Both the position numbers and the translations under genes were made by a program. From the IMG/VR virus record IMGVR_UViG_3300031669_005140: 64,000 nucleotides of DNA; one strand, written 5' to 3'. Shown here piece after piece: positions 18,733-28,552 of this stretch. The stretch is from a virus. The number at the start of each line of letters is the position of its first letter. The first letter of the stretch is position 1. The notes under the pieces are model-generated. The model was given only the letters and a program-made list of their open reading frames with translations. It ran no database searches and was not told the origin of the DNA.

Positions 18733-19493
18733 GTGAGTGGTAAAATAGATAGATGCTACCGAATTTCAAGGGAAACGGAATCTAGGCATAACCCGTTATA
18801 ACATGTCGTGCGACTGACATAAAAGGCCAAAAGTTATGCTACCACTTACTTTTAAAATTGTAGTGAACTCTTCTACTGAATACAGACAGTGATTAAGGAT
18901 TCTCTGGGCGATGCAACTAAACCTTTAGTCTATGTTATTCATAGCCTACATAGGAATATGCCAGATATTGAGGGATAATATCATAATTCTAAGCTAATAG
19001 GATGTTGTTTGGGGTAAGATAACAGAAGTAAAATAGTTATTGCAACTATACAGAAATTAAGGAGTAATTACCTGAAATCGTAGGCTAATTCATATTAGTA
19101 ATATTGAATGTTATTCCACCTTAGCATTGTGGATAGAAGAGTTTCCTTTTAAAATATTGAAACAAGTAATGCAGAGATGAGTTGAAGCAATTAGAAATAT
19201 CAAAGTTTACTATTGGTAAATATTACTCATTAACTACAGTCGAGTAATAAGATTGTTCAAAATTGTGGATCGGAGTATTACTTGTTTCCCTTATTGAAAT
19301 GCTTATAATAGGTGACTCAAGTAGATGTCAGTAAGCACCTCTTATTAATAGTCTGACAAGTAAGTATTTCTTTAATTTGAAAGTGTTTTGGTGATAAATA
19401 TAAGACACTGAGCTTGGGGAGCCGCTATGAAGTGTTCTGGATATGACAGAAGTCCTCGGATTATAAGTAGTCAGATTATCACCAAACACTTTC
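18733..19493 (+). ncRNA. cluster of five stem-closed structured RNA domains (or one large multidomain RNA)
   Basis: No + ORF after promoter 18675; long closing stems 18733/18849, 18866/19143, 19159/19288, 19296/19370, 19379/19493. Confidence 0.65.
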
Positions 19494-19506
19494 TTTAAAA
19501 CATTAA

Positions 19507-19580
19507 GGGCAATGTTACCGTGGTTGTGAAACAGCGATTGCGGGAATGAGGGGAACACGGTTCGAGTCCGTCATTGTCCA
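19507..19580 (+). ncRNA. tRNA-like RNA with Ala identity elements and no canonical anticodon arm
   Basis: Acceptor GGGCAAT/ATTGTCC-A (G3.U70, A73); T arm ACGG-TTCGAGT-CCGT. Confidence 0.6.
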
Positions 19581-19656
19581 CTAATTAACAATTAAAAACA
19601 TTATCGTCGGAAGGCGATAGTAGCAACAGAAATAATTACGTAATAAACCTGTTGCT

Positions 19657-19728
19657 TGCGATATGGAGTAGGGGTTAACTTGCCCTCAGTACAGGGGGGA
19701 GACATTGGTTCGAGTCCAATTATCGCAA
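19657..19728 (+). tRNA. tRNA-Val(TAC)-like with a non-canonical anticodon loop
   Basis: Acceptor TGCGATA/TATCGCA, D stem GAGT/ACTT, anticodon stem CCCTC/GGGGG, loop AGTACAG, T arm ATTGG-TTCGAGT-CCAAT; no encoded CCA. Confidence 0.75.
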
Positions 19729-19753
19729 CTAATATTAATTAAAACCAATTAAC

Positions 19754-20047
19754 ATGAAAAGCAAGGAATACATTGCAGTAAAGAATTTCATTCATAACGA
19801 TTTGAAATTAACTAAAACTGAACTTCATAGTATTATTGTTGAAGCGGTTAAGGATGAAGCAAAGGCACAAGTTAAACTGCATATGCAGCAAGACCCTAAT
19901 TTAAACCAGACTGTAAGAGAACAACTTTTTAAAGAAATTACAAACGCTGTTAGTGGAAGATCGTTCGATAGTAGCAGAAACGAATTCTTTAGAAAAATTG
20001 GCGAAGAACTAGTAAAGCAATTAAACGTATCAATTAAAACTCAGTAA
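19754..20047 (+). CDS. hypothetical protein
   Basis: ORF track. Confidence 0.75.
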   Translation: MKSKEYIAVKNFIHNDLKLTKTELHSIIVEAVKDEAKAQVKLHMQQDPNLNQTVREQLFKEITNAVSGRSFDSSRNEFFRKIGEELVKQLNVSIKTQ

Positions 20048-20049
20048 TT

Positions 20050-20379
20050 ATGCCATATATTATAGTATCAATTGCAGTGATATTGCTATATTTAGCAATA
20101 AGTCCAAAAAAATCAAAATTCATTAATGAGAAAGAATATAATAAATATGGTTATGGAATATCTATTTTATGCGTTACTCTCATGATATTATCATCACTTA
20201 TTTTTAATGATGGGTATAAAAGAGGGCAAATTGACGCAATTAAAGGTAAGTATCAATATCGCTATGTAGTTATCACAACATTTGTAGGTTCTGCTATTAC
20301 TAGCAAAGATACAATCTATGTTAGAAAAAAGCCAAATGCAACATATACTTATCAAGGTATTACTACTAAACTTAATTAA
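20050..20379 (+). CDS. membrane protein
   Basis: Two hydrophobic segments. Confidence 0.7.
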   Translation: MPYIIVSIAVILLYLAISPKKSKFINEKEYNKYGYGISILCVTLMILSSLIFNDGYKRGQIDAIKGKYQYRYVVITTFVGSAITSKDTIYVRKKPNATYTYQGITTKLN

Positions 20380-20707
20380 AAATACTATGAACAGCCTTAG
20401 AGAAGATGCAATTGAGTGGTGGAAAGAATTAGAAGGGTTAGAGCAAAGACATATATTTCTAAAATATTACAACCCTTTTGAAAGAACACAGTCATCACTT
20501 ACTGGCAGTGAAATTGAAAAAATGTTTATAAATGAAGCACTTTGCATACAAAGCATCCAAAAAATTAATCCAATAGCATTAAATCAAAAGCAAAGTGAAA
20601 TAGTTGACTTGCTCAGTAAGTTTGTTAAGGATTTTCCACTTCATCGTGGAATGCAAATAATGGATTTTGATATTAAACGTTGGGTCGAGAAAAATGTTTC
20701 TGAATAG
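20318..20707 (+). CDS. hypothetical protein (probable start 20387)
   Basis: ORF track. Confidence 0.7.
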   Translation: MLEKSQMQHILIKVLLLNLIKNTMNSLREDAIEWWKELEGLEQRHIFLKYYNPFERTQSSLTGSEIEKMFINEALCIQSIQKINPIALNQKQSEIVDLLSKFVKDFPLHRGMQIMDFDIKRWVEKNVSE

Positions 20708-20767
20708 TTATTTGAAACATTTAGGAATTATTTTCGTATATATAGACATAACATAAATTTTACTGCA

Positions 20768-21103
20768 ATGGAAGAAGAATTTTTTGATGACGAAAATATG
20801 TTCAGTATATCTGAAATTGAAAATGTGGTTGGACGTGAATATCACGATCAATACATAAAAGAAATTGGCGACAGAGTTAGCGTTGAGGATTATTCTAGCA
20901 TGACGCATGAAAATGGCATGGAGTTAGATTTTCCAGATTTCGACGAATTATTTGATGTTAAGTATTTTATTGTAATTGCAGTAAGACAAAAAATAGTATT
21001 TACTAGTAAATATGCTGACTATAAGCAAGACCTACTTATTGTTAACTCAAAAACCAACAAGCAATACAGAATAATTTCAGGTCATTGCAAGCATTTTAAT
21101 TAA
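20768..21103 (+). CDS. hypothetical protein
   Basis: ORF track; after TGAAAC-variant promoter 20713. Confidence 0.75.
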   Translation: MEEEFFDDENMFSISEIENVVGREYHDQYIKEIGDRVSVEDYSSMTHENGMELDFPDFDELFDVKYFIVIAVRQKIVFTSKYADYKQDLLIVNSKTNKQYRIISGHCKHFN

Positions 21104-21419
21104 AATTAGTTACAAAATATCATAATTTTTCTAATTTTTCCTAATTTTTGTAACATTACCAATCAATTTACGTATAATATGTATAGAATGCAAGGGTTGG
21201 TTATCTATTGGTAACCGAGAGAGTAGACTCCAGCATGCTTTATACTCTGGTTATTTATAATCTTTTTAAATAATCATTTTATTTAAAAAGTTGTAACTAT
21301 TTTGATTAAGACTCGTATTACATGTAGGTAAAACATTTTTATCTTATCGACAATTTTTACATTATTTGTAACCATTATCGTTTTATTTCGTATTATAACT
21401 ATAACCAACACACACACCT

Positions 21420-22250
21420 ATGGAATTTACAACTATTTCTAACGCAGTAAAAGAAACTGGTTTATCCTATTTAGGTGGTATTACTTTAAGTGCAAAAATG
21501 GAACACAGCAAAAAGTATAGCCATCAATACACCTATCTTATTTACCTTGCACCTGCAAGCGAAAGTGGTTACAACGTTTGCTCACATTCAACTGTTGAAT
21601 GCCGTTTAGGTTGCTTATCTACAAGCGGTCACGCAGGTATGGAAATTAGTGCGGGTAATACATCACGCATTAAAGATAGCAGAATTAAAAAAACTAAATT
21701 GTTTTATGAAAATCCTGCATACTTTATGGCTTGGCTTATTGCTGAAATTAAAAAGTATAGAGCCAAAGCAGAAAAAGATGGTTACTATTTTAGCGTTCGC
21801 TTAAACGGTACTTCAGATATTGATTGGGAAAATGTTAAAATTAACGGTCAAACCATTTTTGAAATTTTTCCAGATGTTCAATTTTACGATTATACAAAAA
21901 ATATGAATAAGTTCTTTTTCTTAGCACCCAACTATCATTTAACCTATTCATATACTGGTCGTAACTGGTCACAATGTGAAGTATTACTTAAACGAGGCCA
22001 CAACGTAGCAATGGTATTTAATGTAAAGAATGAAAAGTCATTGCCTACCATGTATAAGGGGTATAAAGTAATAAATGGTGATTTGACGGATTATAGAATT
22101 GCTGACGGAAAGGGTATTATTGTAGGCTTAAAATTTAAGCATATTGCCAACAAAGTAAATGAAAAGGCTGTATTAAATTCATGCTTTGTCGTTCTGCAAA
22201 ACGATGTTAATTGTTCCTATGTAAATGCAAATGAACTGACTGCAGTATAA
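21420..22250 (+). CDS. Gp88-like phage protein
   Basis: C-x7-CxxxC, VRLNGTSDIDWE, VQFYDYTK, YHLTYS, NGDLTDYR, VGLKFK motifs characteristic of the GP88 family. Confidence 0.75.
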   Translation: MEFTTISNAVKETGLSYLGGITLSAKMEHSKKYSHQYTYLIYLAPASESGYNVCSHSTVECRLGCLSTSGHAGMEISAGNTSRIKDSRIKKTKLFYENPAYFMAWLIAEIKKYRAKAEKDGYYFSVRLNGTSDIDWENVKINGQTIFEIFPDVQFYDYTKNMNKFFFLAPNYHLTYSYTGRNWSQCEVLLKRGHNVAMVFNVKNEKSLPTMYKGYKVINGDLTDYRIADGKGIIVGLKFKHIANKVNEKAVLNSCFVVLQNDVNCSYVNANELTAV

Positions 22251-22360
22251 CAGTTAGTTTATTGTAACAATGTTCACTAATTTTCGTATAATGAATAACA
22301 ACTAATATGCTAATTCTAAATATGCATTGTGATTGTTATCTTAAATAAAAAATAAATGCT

Positions 22361-22582
22361 ATGGAAACAATTAAAACTATTTGGTTAGAAATTCGTAACG
22401 ACTTTGAAATGGATAATTTTATCCATATCGATGGATGGCAAACAGAGGACGATTGTGAAAATGGACAAACAATTGCCAAGGTCAATGTACTAACAAAAGA
22501 GGTGGAATATATAGATGAAAGAGCCAAAACAGATAGTTTGGCACAAACGGCAATACTTGATGCGATAAAAAGTTTATCGTAA
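22361..22582 (+). CDS. hypothetical protein
   Basis: ORF track. Confidence 0.7.
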   Translation: METIKTIWLEIRNDFEMDNFIHIDGWQTEDDCENGQTIAKVNVLTKEVEYIDERAKTDSLAQTAILDAIKSLS

Positions 22583-22631
22583 CAATGTTCACTAATTTTC
22601 GTATAATTAACATAAGTAATAAACACATACC

Positions 22632-23009
22632 ATGAAAAATCTAAAGCGTAAAATAAAGCATTTTATTCATTGGCATATTGCTGGTAAACCAGTATCTGCT
22701 CGAAATATTAATAAATTAAAAACGAGTTTTCGTGGGTATTTTGAAGGTTATTTTGGTACGGACGTACCAGAATGTCCACATAGACTAACCGATTTTGGCA
22801 TTACCAACTTAATGTTTAGAGATAGAAAAACGTTTGTTGAAATTGAGGTTACGCTTGAACGCCCAGGACTATTAATCGGTAAGGGTGGTACAGTTATTGA
22901 TGGTTTACAAGCTTATCTTACATTATTTCATAATAAAACCGTTAAGATACATATTGTAGAATCAAAACTTTGGAGACACACCAAAAAAAATAGTTGGGAT
23001 ATATTTTGA
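22632..23009 (+). CDS. KH-domain protein (ribosomal protein S3-like type II KH)
   Basis: VTLERPGLLIGKGGTVIDGLQAYL...VKIHIVE resembles the S3 KH (GxxG) segment. Confidence 0.75.
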   Translation: MKNLKRKIKHFIHWHIAGKPVSARNINKLKTSFRGYFEGYFGTDVPECPHRLTDFGITNLMFRDRKTFVEIEVTLERPGLLIGKGGTVIDGLQAYLTLFHNKTVKIHIVESKLWRHTKKNSWDIF

Positions 23010-23066
23010 TTGTAACAAAGTACGACTAATTTTCGTATAATAAGTATTAACTAACAAACACATGTA

Positions 23067-23309
23067 ATGGAAAATCCAATAATTAATATTGATTATGCTG
23101 CACTGCAAACGCAGAAACAAAGTTTAATGCTTGCAATTAAATATTTTGAAAAGAATCGTGTGCCTGAAATACCAACACATCTTGAAGGTATTTTAAATCT
23201 AATTGATAGCATACAGGATTATGCAGTTGATGAAATTGGCATAGATCAGAATATTGTATTTAGTTTTGATGGTGACGACGAAGACGCACCTGTTGTTGCA
23301 CCAATTTAA
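23067..23309 (+). CDS. hypothetical protein
   Basis: ORF track. Confidence 0.7.
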   Translation: MENPIINIDYAALQTQKQSLMLAIKYFEKNRVPEIPTHLEGILNLIDSIQDYAVDEIGIDQNIVFSFDGDDEDAPVVAPI

Positions 23310-23372
23310 TTTTTACATTGTTCGATAAAAAACTCAAACGCATTGTATATATAAGTATAATGCGTTTTTGTT

Positions 23373-23738
23373 ATGGAATTAAACCAGAATGTACTTGATG
23401 AATTCACATCTTATTTAAAAAAGAATAAGTATAAAAACAAGATTCAGGAACTTCAACTTGAGTATTGTAATGATAGCGATGGCAACTACATTTATTTGCT
23501 ATCCATAAAAATTAAAAATTCACAGCAAAGAAAAGGCTATGGTAATGCTGTATTAGATGAGATTGTTAACTTAGCAGATAACTACAATGTTCGAGTTAGA
23601 CTATGGGCAACCAATATATTTGGTGTTAACGTAAAAGTATTGTACGAGTTCTACAAGAAGCATGGATTTGTTTTAATTAAAAAAGAAAATGATGGCCATA
23701 TGATTTATTATCCAGATAGACGAAACAAAATAAAATAG
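23373..23738 (+). CDS. GNAT-family acetyltransferase
   Basis: QQRKGYGNAVL (acetyl-CoA loop) and LYEFYKKHGF. Confidence 0.8.
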   Translation: MELNQNVLDEFTSYLKKNKYKNKIQELQLEYCNDSDGNYIYLLSIKIKNSQQRKGYGNAVLDEIVNLADNYNVRVRLWATNIFGVNVKVLYEFYKKHGFVLIKKENDGHMIYYPDRRNKIK

Positions 23739-23792
23739 TTTTCGTATAACAAGTAAATGTTTAGTAGATAATACAATAAAAATTAATTAACT

Positions 23793-24140
23793 ATGGAAAA
23801 ACAATTTGCTACATATTCAATTTCATTAGAACTTAAAGAATTGGGTTTTGATGAAAAGTGTGATGCTGTTTATAATCCACGATTTTTTATTGATGGGTGT
23901 TGGGAAACAAAAAATTCATTAATTACTGAAATGAATATTAATTCAGATATTGTATGTTCAGCACCACTTTGGCAGCAAGCACAGGATTGGTTTTGGAAAA
24001 ATCATAACATACTAATTTCACCATATATTTCACAAGATCAACCCAATACTATTTTGTGGCAAGTAGGTTATGATATTTACCCAAAAAAAGAGGATGCATT
24101 TTTAAAAGCAATTGAAATTGTTAAAGAAAAATTGAAATGA
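23793..24140 (+). CDS. phage hypothetical protein (homolog of 61542..61943)
   Basis: Shared pattern: LELKELGF...SAPLWQQ..WF vs AKLAKEKG...SAPTQS..KWL. Confidence 0.75.
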   Translation: MEKQFATYSISLELKELGFDEKCDAVYNPRFFIDGCWETKNSLITEMNINSDIVCSAPLWQQAQDWFWKNHNILISPYISQDQPNTILWQVGYDIYPKKEDAFLKAIEIVKEKLK

Positions 24141-24409
24141 TTGATTCTGAATATATTCTTTGTGCAGCAATTTGCAATCCTGAAGAAAAAGACTTAGCTG
24201 GATTTCCATTAATTCTCTGCGGTCATAGGCACAATAACATTTTATGGCAAGCAAAGGGAATTTCACAAAGGAGAAACCATCAAGGATTTTTAACCAGCAC
24301 AGGTAGATTTGTTGATCGGGTTGAAGCGTTAAAAATTGCAAAACAAGCTAACCAGTTAATAAGAAAAACTGGAAGTCAAGATGAGTTATATAGTGATGAT
24401 TTATACTAA
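24137..24409 (+). CDS. phage hypothetical protein
   Basis: ILCAAI...GHRH...QGFLTSTGRFVDRVEA. Confidence 0.75.
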   Translation: MIDSEYILCAAICNPEEKDLAGFPLILCGHRHNNILWQAKGISQRRNHQGFLTSTGRFVDRVEALKIAKQANQLIRKTGSQDELYSDDLY

Positions 24410-24480
24410 AAATAATAACGAGTAATCTGTAACATTTACGATAATATTACGTATAATAACTATAATCAAAAACAAATATT

Positions 24481-24684
24481 ATGGCACTAACTTATGACAT
24501 ACACTTCAATGATTCTGAAAACTCTAACAATAAAGGTTTCAAGAAATCATTATTATTTTGTCTTAACTATGTTGAGGAAAATAATGGAACCAATAATAGT
24601 TACTTTGCCGATTATAAAGGTGGCAATGTTTCTGTAGTCTGTAATGAAACTGGAAGGGTTGCATTTACCACAGAAGTAATTTAG
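24481..24684 (+). CDS. hypothetical protein
   Basis: ORF track; after promoter 24428. Confidence 0.7.
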   Translation: MALTYDIHFNDSENSNNKGFKKSLLFCLNYVEENNGTNNSYFADYKGGNVSVVCNETGRVAFTTEVI

Positions 24685-24928
24685 AAACTACTTGTTATGG
24701 AACTTACAGATAGTGAATTGGCAATTAGGTGGTGGAAAAGAAAATCTTCCGAAGAAAAGGTAGAACTTTTAAAACTAGTAAAAATCCAAAACTATAATTT
24801 TGATTCATTAACAAATAATCAAATAGAATGGATTTGGCGCAATCAACCTTACAATAAATTGTAGAAATGCCGTAACAAATTACAATCATTTTCGTATAAC
24901 TAGCATTAACTAAAAAATCATAAAAACA

Positions 24929-25768
24929 ATGAAAATTACAACTGATTATCTAAAAGCAATTAAGGCTTGTGATGAAGCAATTGCTATGTTTAATAATACA
25001 CCTGAACTTCATTTAGTTGATATTACCAACATCTCTGAAATTATTACGGGTGATGAATCACTGTTTAATCATATTAATTGGCTGGTTAATAAGTTAAAAG
25101 GTAAATTACCTGTTAGTAAATTAACTTATAAAGATTTTAAAGGTAATTCATATGAGTATACCTATGATGAAAAAGGGAATAAGTTAACTAATAAAGATTT
25201 TAAAGGTAATTCATATGAGTATACCTATGATGAAAAAGGAAAAGTATTAACTTATAAGAATTCTGATGGTTATTCAGAAGAGTATACCTATGATGAAAGA
25301 GGAAATAGGTTAACTTATAAGAATTCTGATGGTTATTGGTATGAGCATACCTATGATGAAAAAGGAAATGCATTAACTTATAAGGATTCAAATGGTAATA
25401 CTAAAGAGTATACCTATGATGAAAAAGGAAATATGTTAACTTATAAGGATTCAAATGGTTATACTGAAGAGTATACCTATGATGAAAAAGGAAATGCATT
25501 AACTTATAAGGATTCAAATGGTAATACTAAAGAGTATACCTATGATGAAAAAGGAAATGTGTTAACATATAAAGATTCAAAAGGTTATACTAAAGAGTAT
25601 ACCTATGATGAAAAAGGAAATAGGTTAACTGTTAAGGATTCAACTGGTTATTCAGAAGAGAGAACCTATGATGAAAATGGAAATGTATTAACTTATAATG
25701 ATTCTGATGGTAATATTACCGATTATACACAAATGAAATATGATTTAACTCTTTTTGAGATAAAGTAG
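24929..25768 (+). CDS. YD-like 21-aa repeat protein, paralog 2 (9 repeats)
   Basis: Same N-domain and C-tail as 16744; 42 aa longer, equal to 2 units. Confidence 0.9.
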   Translation: MKITTDYLKAIKACDEAIAMFNNTPELHLVDITNISEIITGDESLFNHINWLVNKLKGKLPVSKLTYKDFKGNSYEYTYDEKGNKLTNKDFKGNSYEYTYDEKGKVLTYKNSDGYSEEYTYDERGNRLTYKNSDGYWYEHTYDEKGNALTYKDSNGNTKEYTYDEKGNMLTYKDSNGYTEEYTYDEKGNALTYKDSNGNTKEYTYDEKGNVLTYKDSKGYTKEYTYDEKGNRLTVKDSTGYSEERTYDENGNVLTYNDSDGNITDYTQMKYDLTLFEIK

Positions 25769-26178
25769 TTTGTAACAATGTTCACTAATTTTCGTATAAT
25801 AAGGACTTCTATAATGAAGTAATTAAACCAAATCCACAAATTACCCAAGAAATTATCATTAAGCAGTCCAAATATTAAAAATATTTCCCGCTACGTTAGT
25901 AGCAACATTGTTGTGTTTTTGGTTAGTGCCCCAGAGAGTTGTGACCTCTGGGGTTTTTTGTTTTTATATCTTGTCCTGAGAAGATAATTCATAATATCTA
26001 TTTTAAATAAGATATGTTGTAACAATTATTCTTTACATTCGTATAAGAAATATCTTTTAATTAAAACTGTTACAGAAATAAAAACACAATAATTTTAATT
26101 AAGAAAAAAATGCGTTGTATATTTGTAACAAAATTGTTTTTATCTCGTAATATAGATATAAACCAAAAATTTTAAACA

Positions 26179-28452
26179 ATGGAAATTAATCTAAAGCAAT
26201 TAGGCACACAAGCCGTTGAAGCAAGTACTGGCACAAAGAAAATGCGTTTGTCAGAAAACGCTACCAGCATGGTATTTCAACTTTTTACGAAAAACATATA
26301 CTCCAATCCAATTGGAACAGTTGTTCGTGAAATTACATCAAACTGTTTTGATAGCCATGTTGAAGCAGGAATTAACGCACCTGTGTTAATTAAAAAAATG
26401 GTTGACAACCAAACCAATACAACATACATATCATTTATTGATTATGGTGTTGGTATGTCACCCGATAGGGTTGAAAACATCTATGGTGTTTATTTTGAAA
26501 GCACGAAAAGAACCGACAACACCCAAATCGGTGGTTTTGGCATTGGTGGCAAAACGCCACTTGCATACAAACGCAGCACAGGTCGTGGTGAAGGTGAATA
26601 TGATAATAGTTTTTATCTCATCACAAATTTTGATGGTATGAAATACTTTTATTGCATCTTTGAAGGCACTGAGAGTCCTGTTATTAGCCTACTACATAGC
26701 GAACCAACAAAAGAGCATAATGGTAGTGAAGTTCGCATACCTGTGCTTGAAAAAGACGTGTTTACCTTTGCTAAGGAAATGGTAAGACAACTATACTATT
26801 TCGAAAATATTATCTTTGATGGTTTTGAAGATTCCTCCTTTACTGAAACTCTTTCAAACGAGTATCAAATTCTTAGAGGCAAAACCTTTCTATATCGAGG
26901 CAGTGAGTATGATAATCATATTCATGTCTGCTTAGGTAGGGTTGCATATCCAATCGACTACAATGTACTTGGTTTAAATTCAAGCGATTATCTACTACCA
27001 ATTGCATTAAAACTTGAAGTGGGTGAAATCGGTGTAACTGCAAGTAGGGAAACTTTGGATTATAGCGAAGGCACGATTAAGACTTTGAAGAAAAAGTTGG
27101 AAGAAACGAAGGATGAAATTAAGAAATTGCTTAACAAGCAGTATGAGAATATTGTTACGCTGAAGGATTATTTTAGTGTAAAGAATGAGTTTGGTGTGCT
27201 GAAATTTCCAAATGGAATGTCCATTAAAGCAGTAAACTTAGTTTCTATTAAGGATGTTGACTTTTCAAATTTCAGGTATTCGTTTATGAAAATGCCAAAT
27301 GATAAGCAACTATTCAATTTCTTTTTCGATGCAAAAATGTATGGTAATAAGCGTTACAGCCGTCGTTATAGCAGAGACTACAATTTTACTGGTGGGTATG
27401 ATGAATTGATTGCTAAGAAAAACCTACTGTATGTTGAGAATGATTTTGTGCGCAAAGTAGTAAAGCAAGGGTATTTAAAAGAATTGCACGATACCTACCA
27501 TATTATTACCAGACGTAACTTGACTTCAAGTTTAATGAGGCAGGAAATTTCAGAACTGTTCAATGTCCATATGACTAACATGGTTGATGACAATGGTAAA
27601 CCTGTTGCCTACCTGCAAACATTAATTGATATGCAGGAAGAATATTTCAGCATTGTACGTGAAAATGCTGAAGATTATGATTTGATTGAAATCCCAGCAG
27701 AATTTTTAGTTAGAAGAAAGCGTAATGTATTGTCAGAGGACGTTCGTAACACAACAATACCAATTAGATTTTTTGGCAATTATGGCAAACACAGAGTTAA
27801 GTTAGATTCGCTATTCAAGTTCAAAGAGCCAATTTTTTATGGCACAACTGATGACGAAAACAAGTTACAAAATGCATACAGCATATACAACATGCTGTTT
27901 GATAAAGAAACAGTTGTTAGCAGGTATGCTCAACATGATAATACTTTTAGCAGAACAGGTAAGAAGGGCATAATGTTCATTATGGTGGCAAAGTCATATG
28001 AAAAATACATGAAATTCTGCTCGAATGTATATCATATTGATGGGTTCTATCATAGAATGCTCTATCGTAAGGAAAATAGTGTTCAAGAATATTTTAAGAC
28101 TTACAGCATTATTGACAAATATGATGAACTAAAAAATTTGTTCAGAACCAATGTACTAGAAAAAATTAATCCCAAATATGGTGATATATTAAAGAAGGTC
28201 AAGAAACATATCCACACATTACCTAATAGATCTTCAAGTCTTTGTAGTTATGAAGAAGAGTTAAAGAAATATTTTGACCTATCCAATTTAGAATTAAGTC
28301 CAGAACAAGTAATGTGTGATAAAATGATTGACGAACTGCTTGATTTACAGACAAGAAACGAAAAAATTTTGAAATATATTGATCTACCATATTACATGGA
28401 TGGAATAGATGATGACCTAATTGAGATACTAAAGAAAGTTATGGTTTTTTAA
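26179..28452 (+). CDS. rIIA: rIIA-like protein (GHKL/Hsp90-type ATPase N-domain)
   Basis: YSNPIGTVVREITSNCFDSH, DYGVGM, YFESTK, IGGFGIGGK; adjacent to an rIIB-like gene. Confidence 0.85.
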   Translation: MEINLKQLGTQAVEASTGTKKMRLSENATSMVFQLFTKNIYSNPIGTVVREITSNCFDSHVEAGINAPVLIKKMVDNQTNTTYISFIDYGVGMSPDRVENIYGVYFESTKRTDNTQIGGFGIGGKTPLAYKRSTGRGEGEYDNSFYLITNFDGMKYFYCIFEGTESPVISLLHSEPTKEHNGSEVRIPVLEKDVFTFAKEMVRQLYYFENIIFDGFEDSSFTETLSNEYQILRGKTFLYRGSEYDNHIHVCLGRVAYPIDYNVLGLNSSDYLLPIALKLEVGEIGVTASRETLDYSEGTIKTLKKKLEETKDEIKKLLNKQYENIVTLKDYFSVKNEFGVLKFPNGMSIKAVNLVSIKDVDFSNFRYSFMKMPNDKQLFNFFFDAKMYGNKRYSRRYSRDYNFTGGYDELIAKKNLLYVENDFVRKVVKQGYLKELHDTYHIITRRNLTSSLMRQEISELFNVHMTNMVDDNGKPVAYLQTLIDMQEEYFSIVRENAEDYDLIEIPAEFLVRRKRNVLSEDVRNTTIPIRFFGNYGKHRVKLDSLFKFKEPIFYGTTDDENKLQNAYSIYNMLFDKETVVSRYAQHDNTFSRTGKKGIMFIMVAKSYEKYMKFCSNVYHIDGFYHRMLYRKENSVQEYFKTYSIIDKYDELKNLFRTNVLEKINPKYGDILKKVKKHIHTLPNRSSSLCSYEEELKKYFDLSNLELSPEQVMCDKMIDELLDLQTRNEKILKYIDLPYYMDGIDDDLIEILKKVMVF

Positions 28453-28552
28453 ACCATAACTTTGTAACATTCTTGTTTTTATTTCGTATATTGTACTGTT
28501 AATATAATTTTGTATCATTGCACAAAAACACAAATCTAAAAAATCGTTAAAA

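Noticed and set aside
18733-19580. Full-length or permuted tmRNA
   Set aside because: The Ala acceptor stem closes within 74 nt, and no convincing tag frame ending in ALAA-like residues was found.
22632-23009. Ribosomal protein S3 (rpsC)
   Set aside because: Only the KH segment matches; the S3 C-terminal domain is absent.
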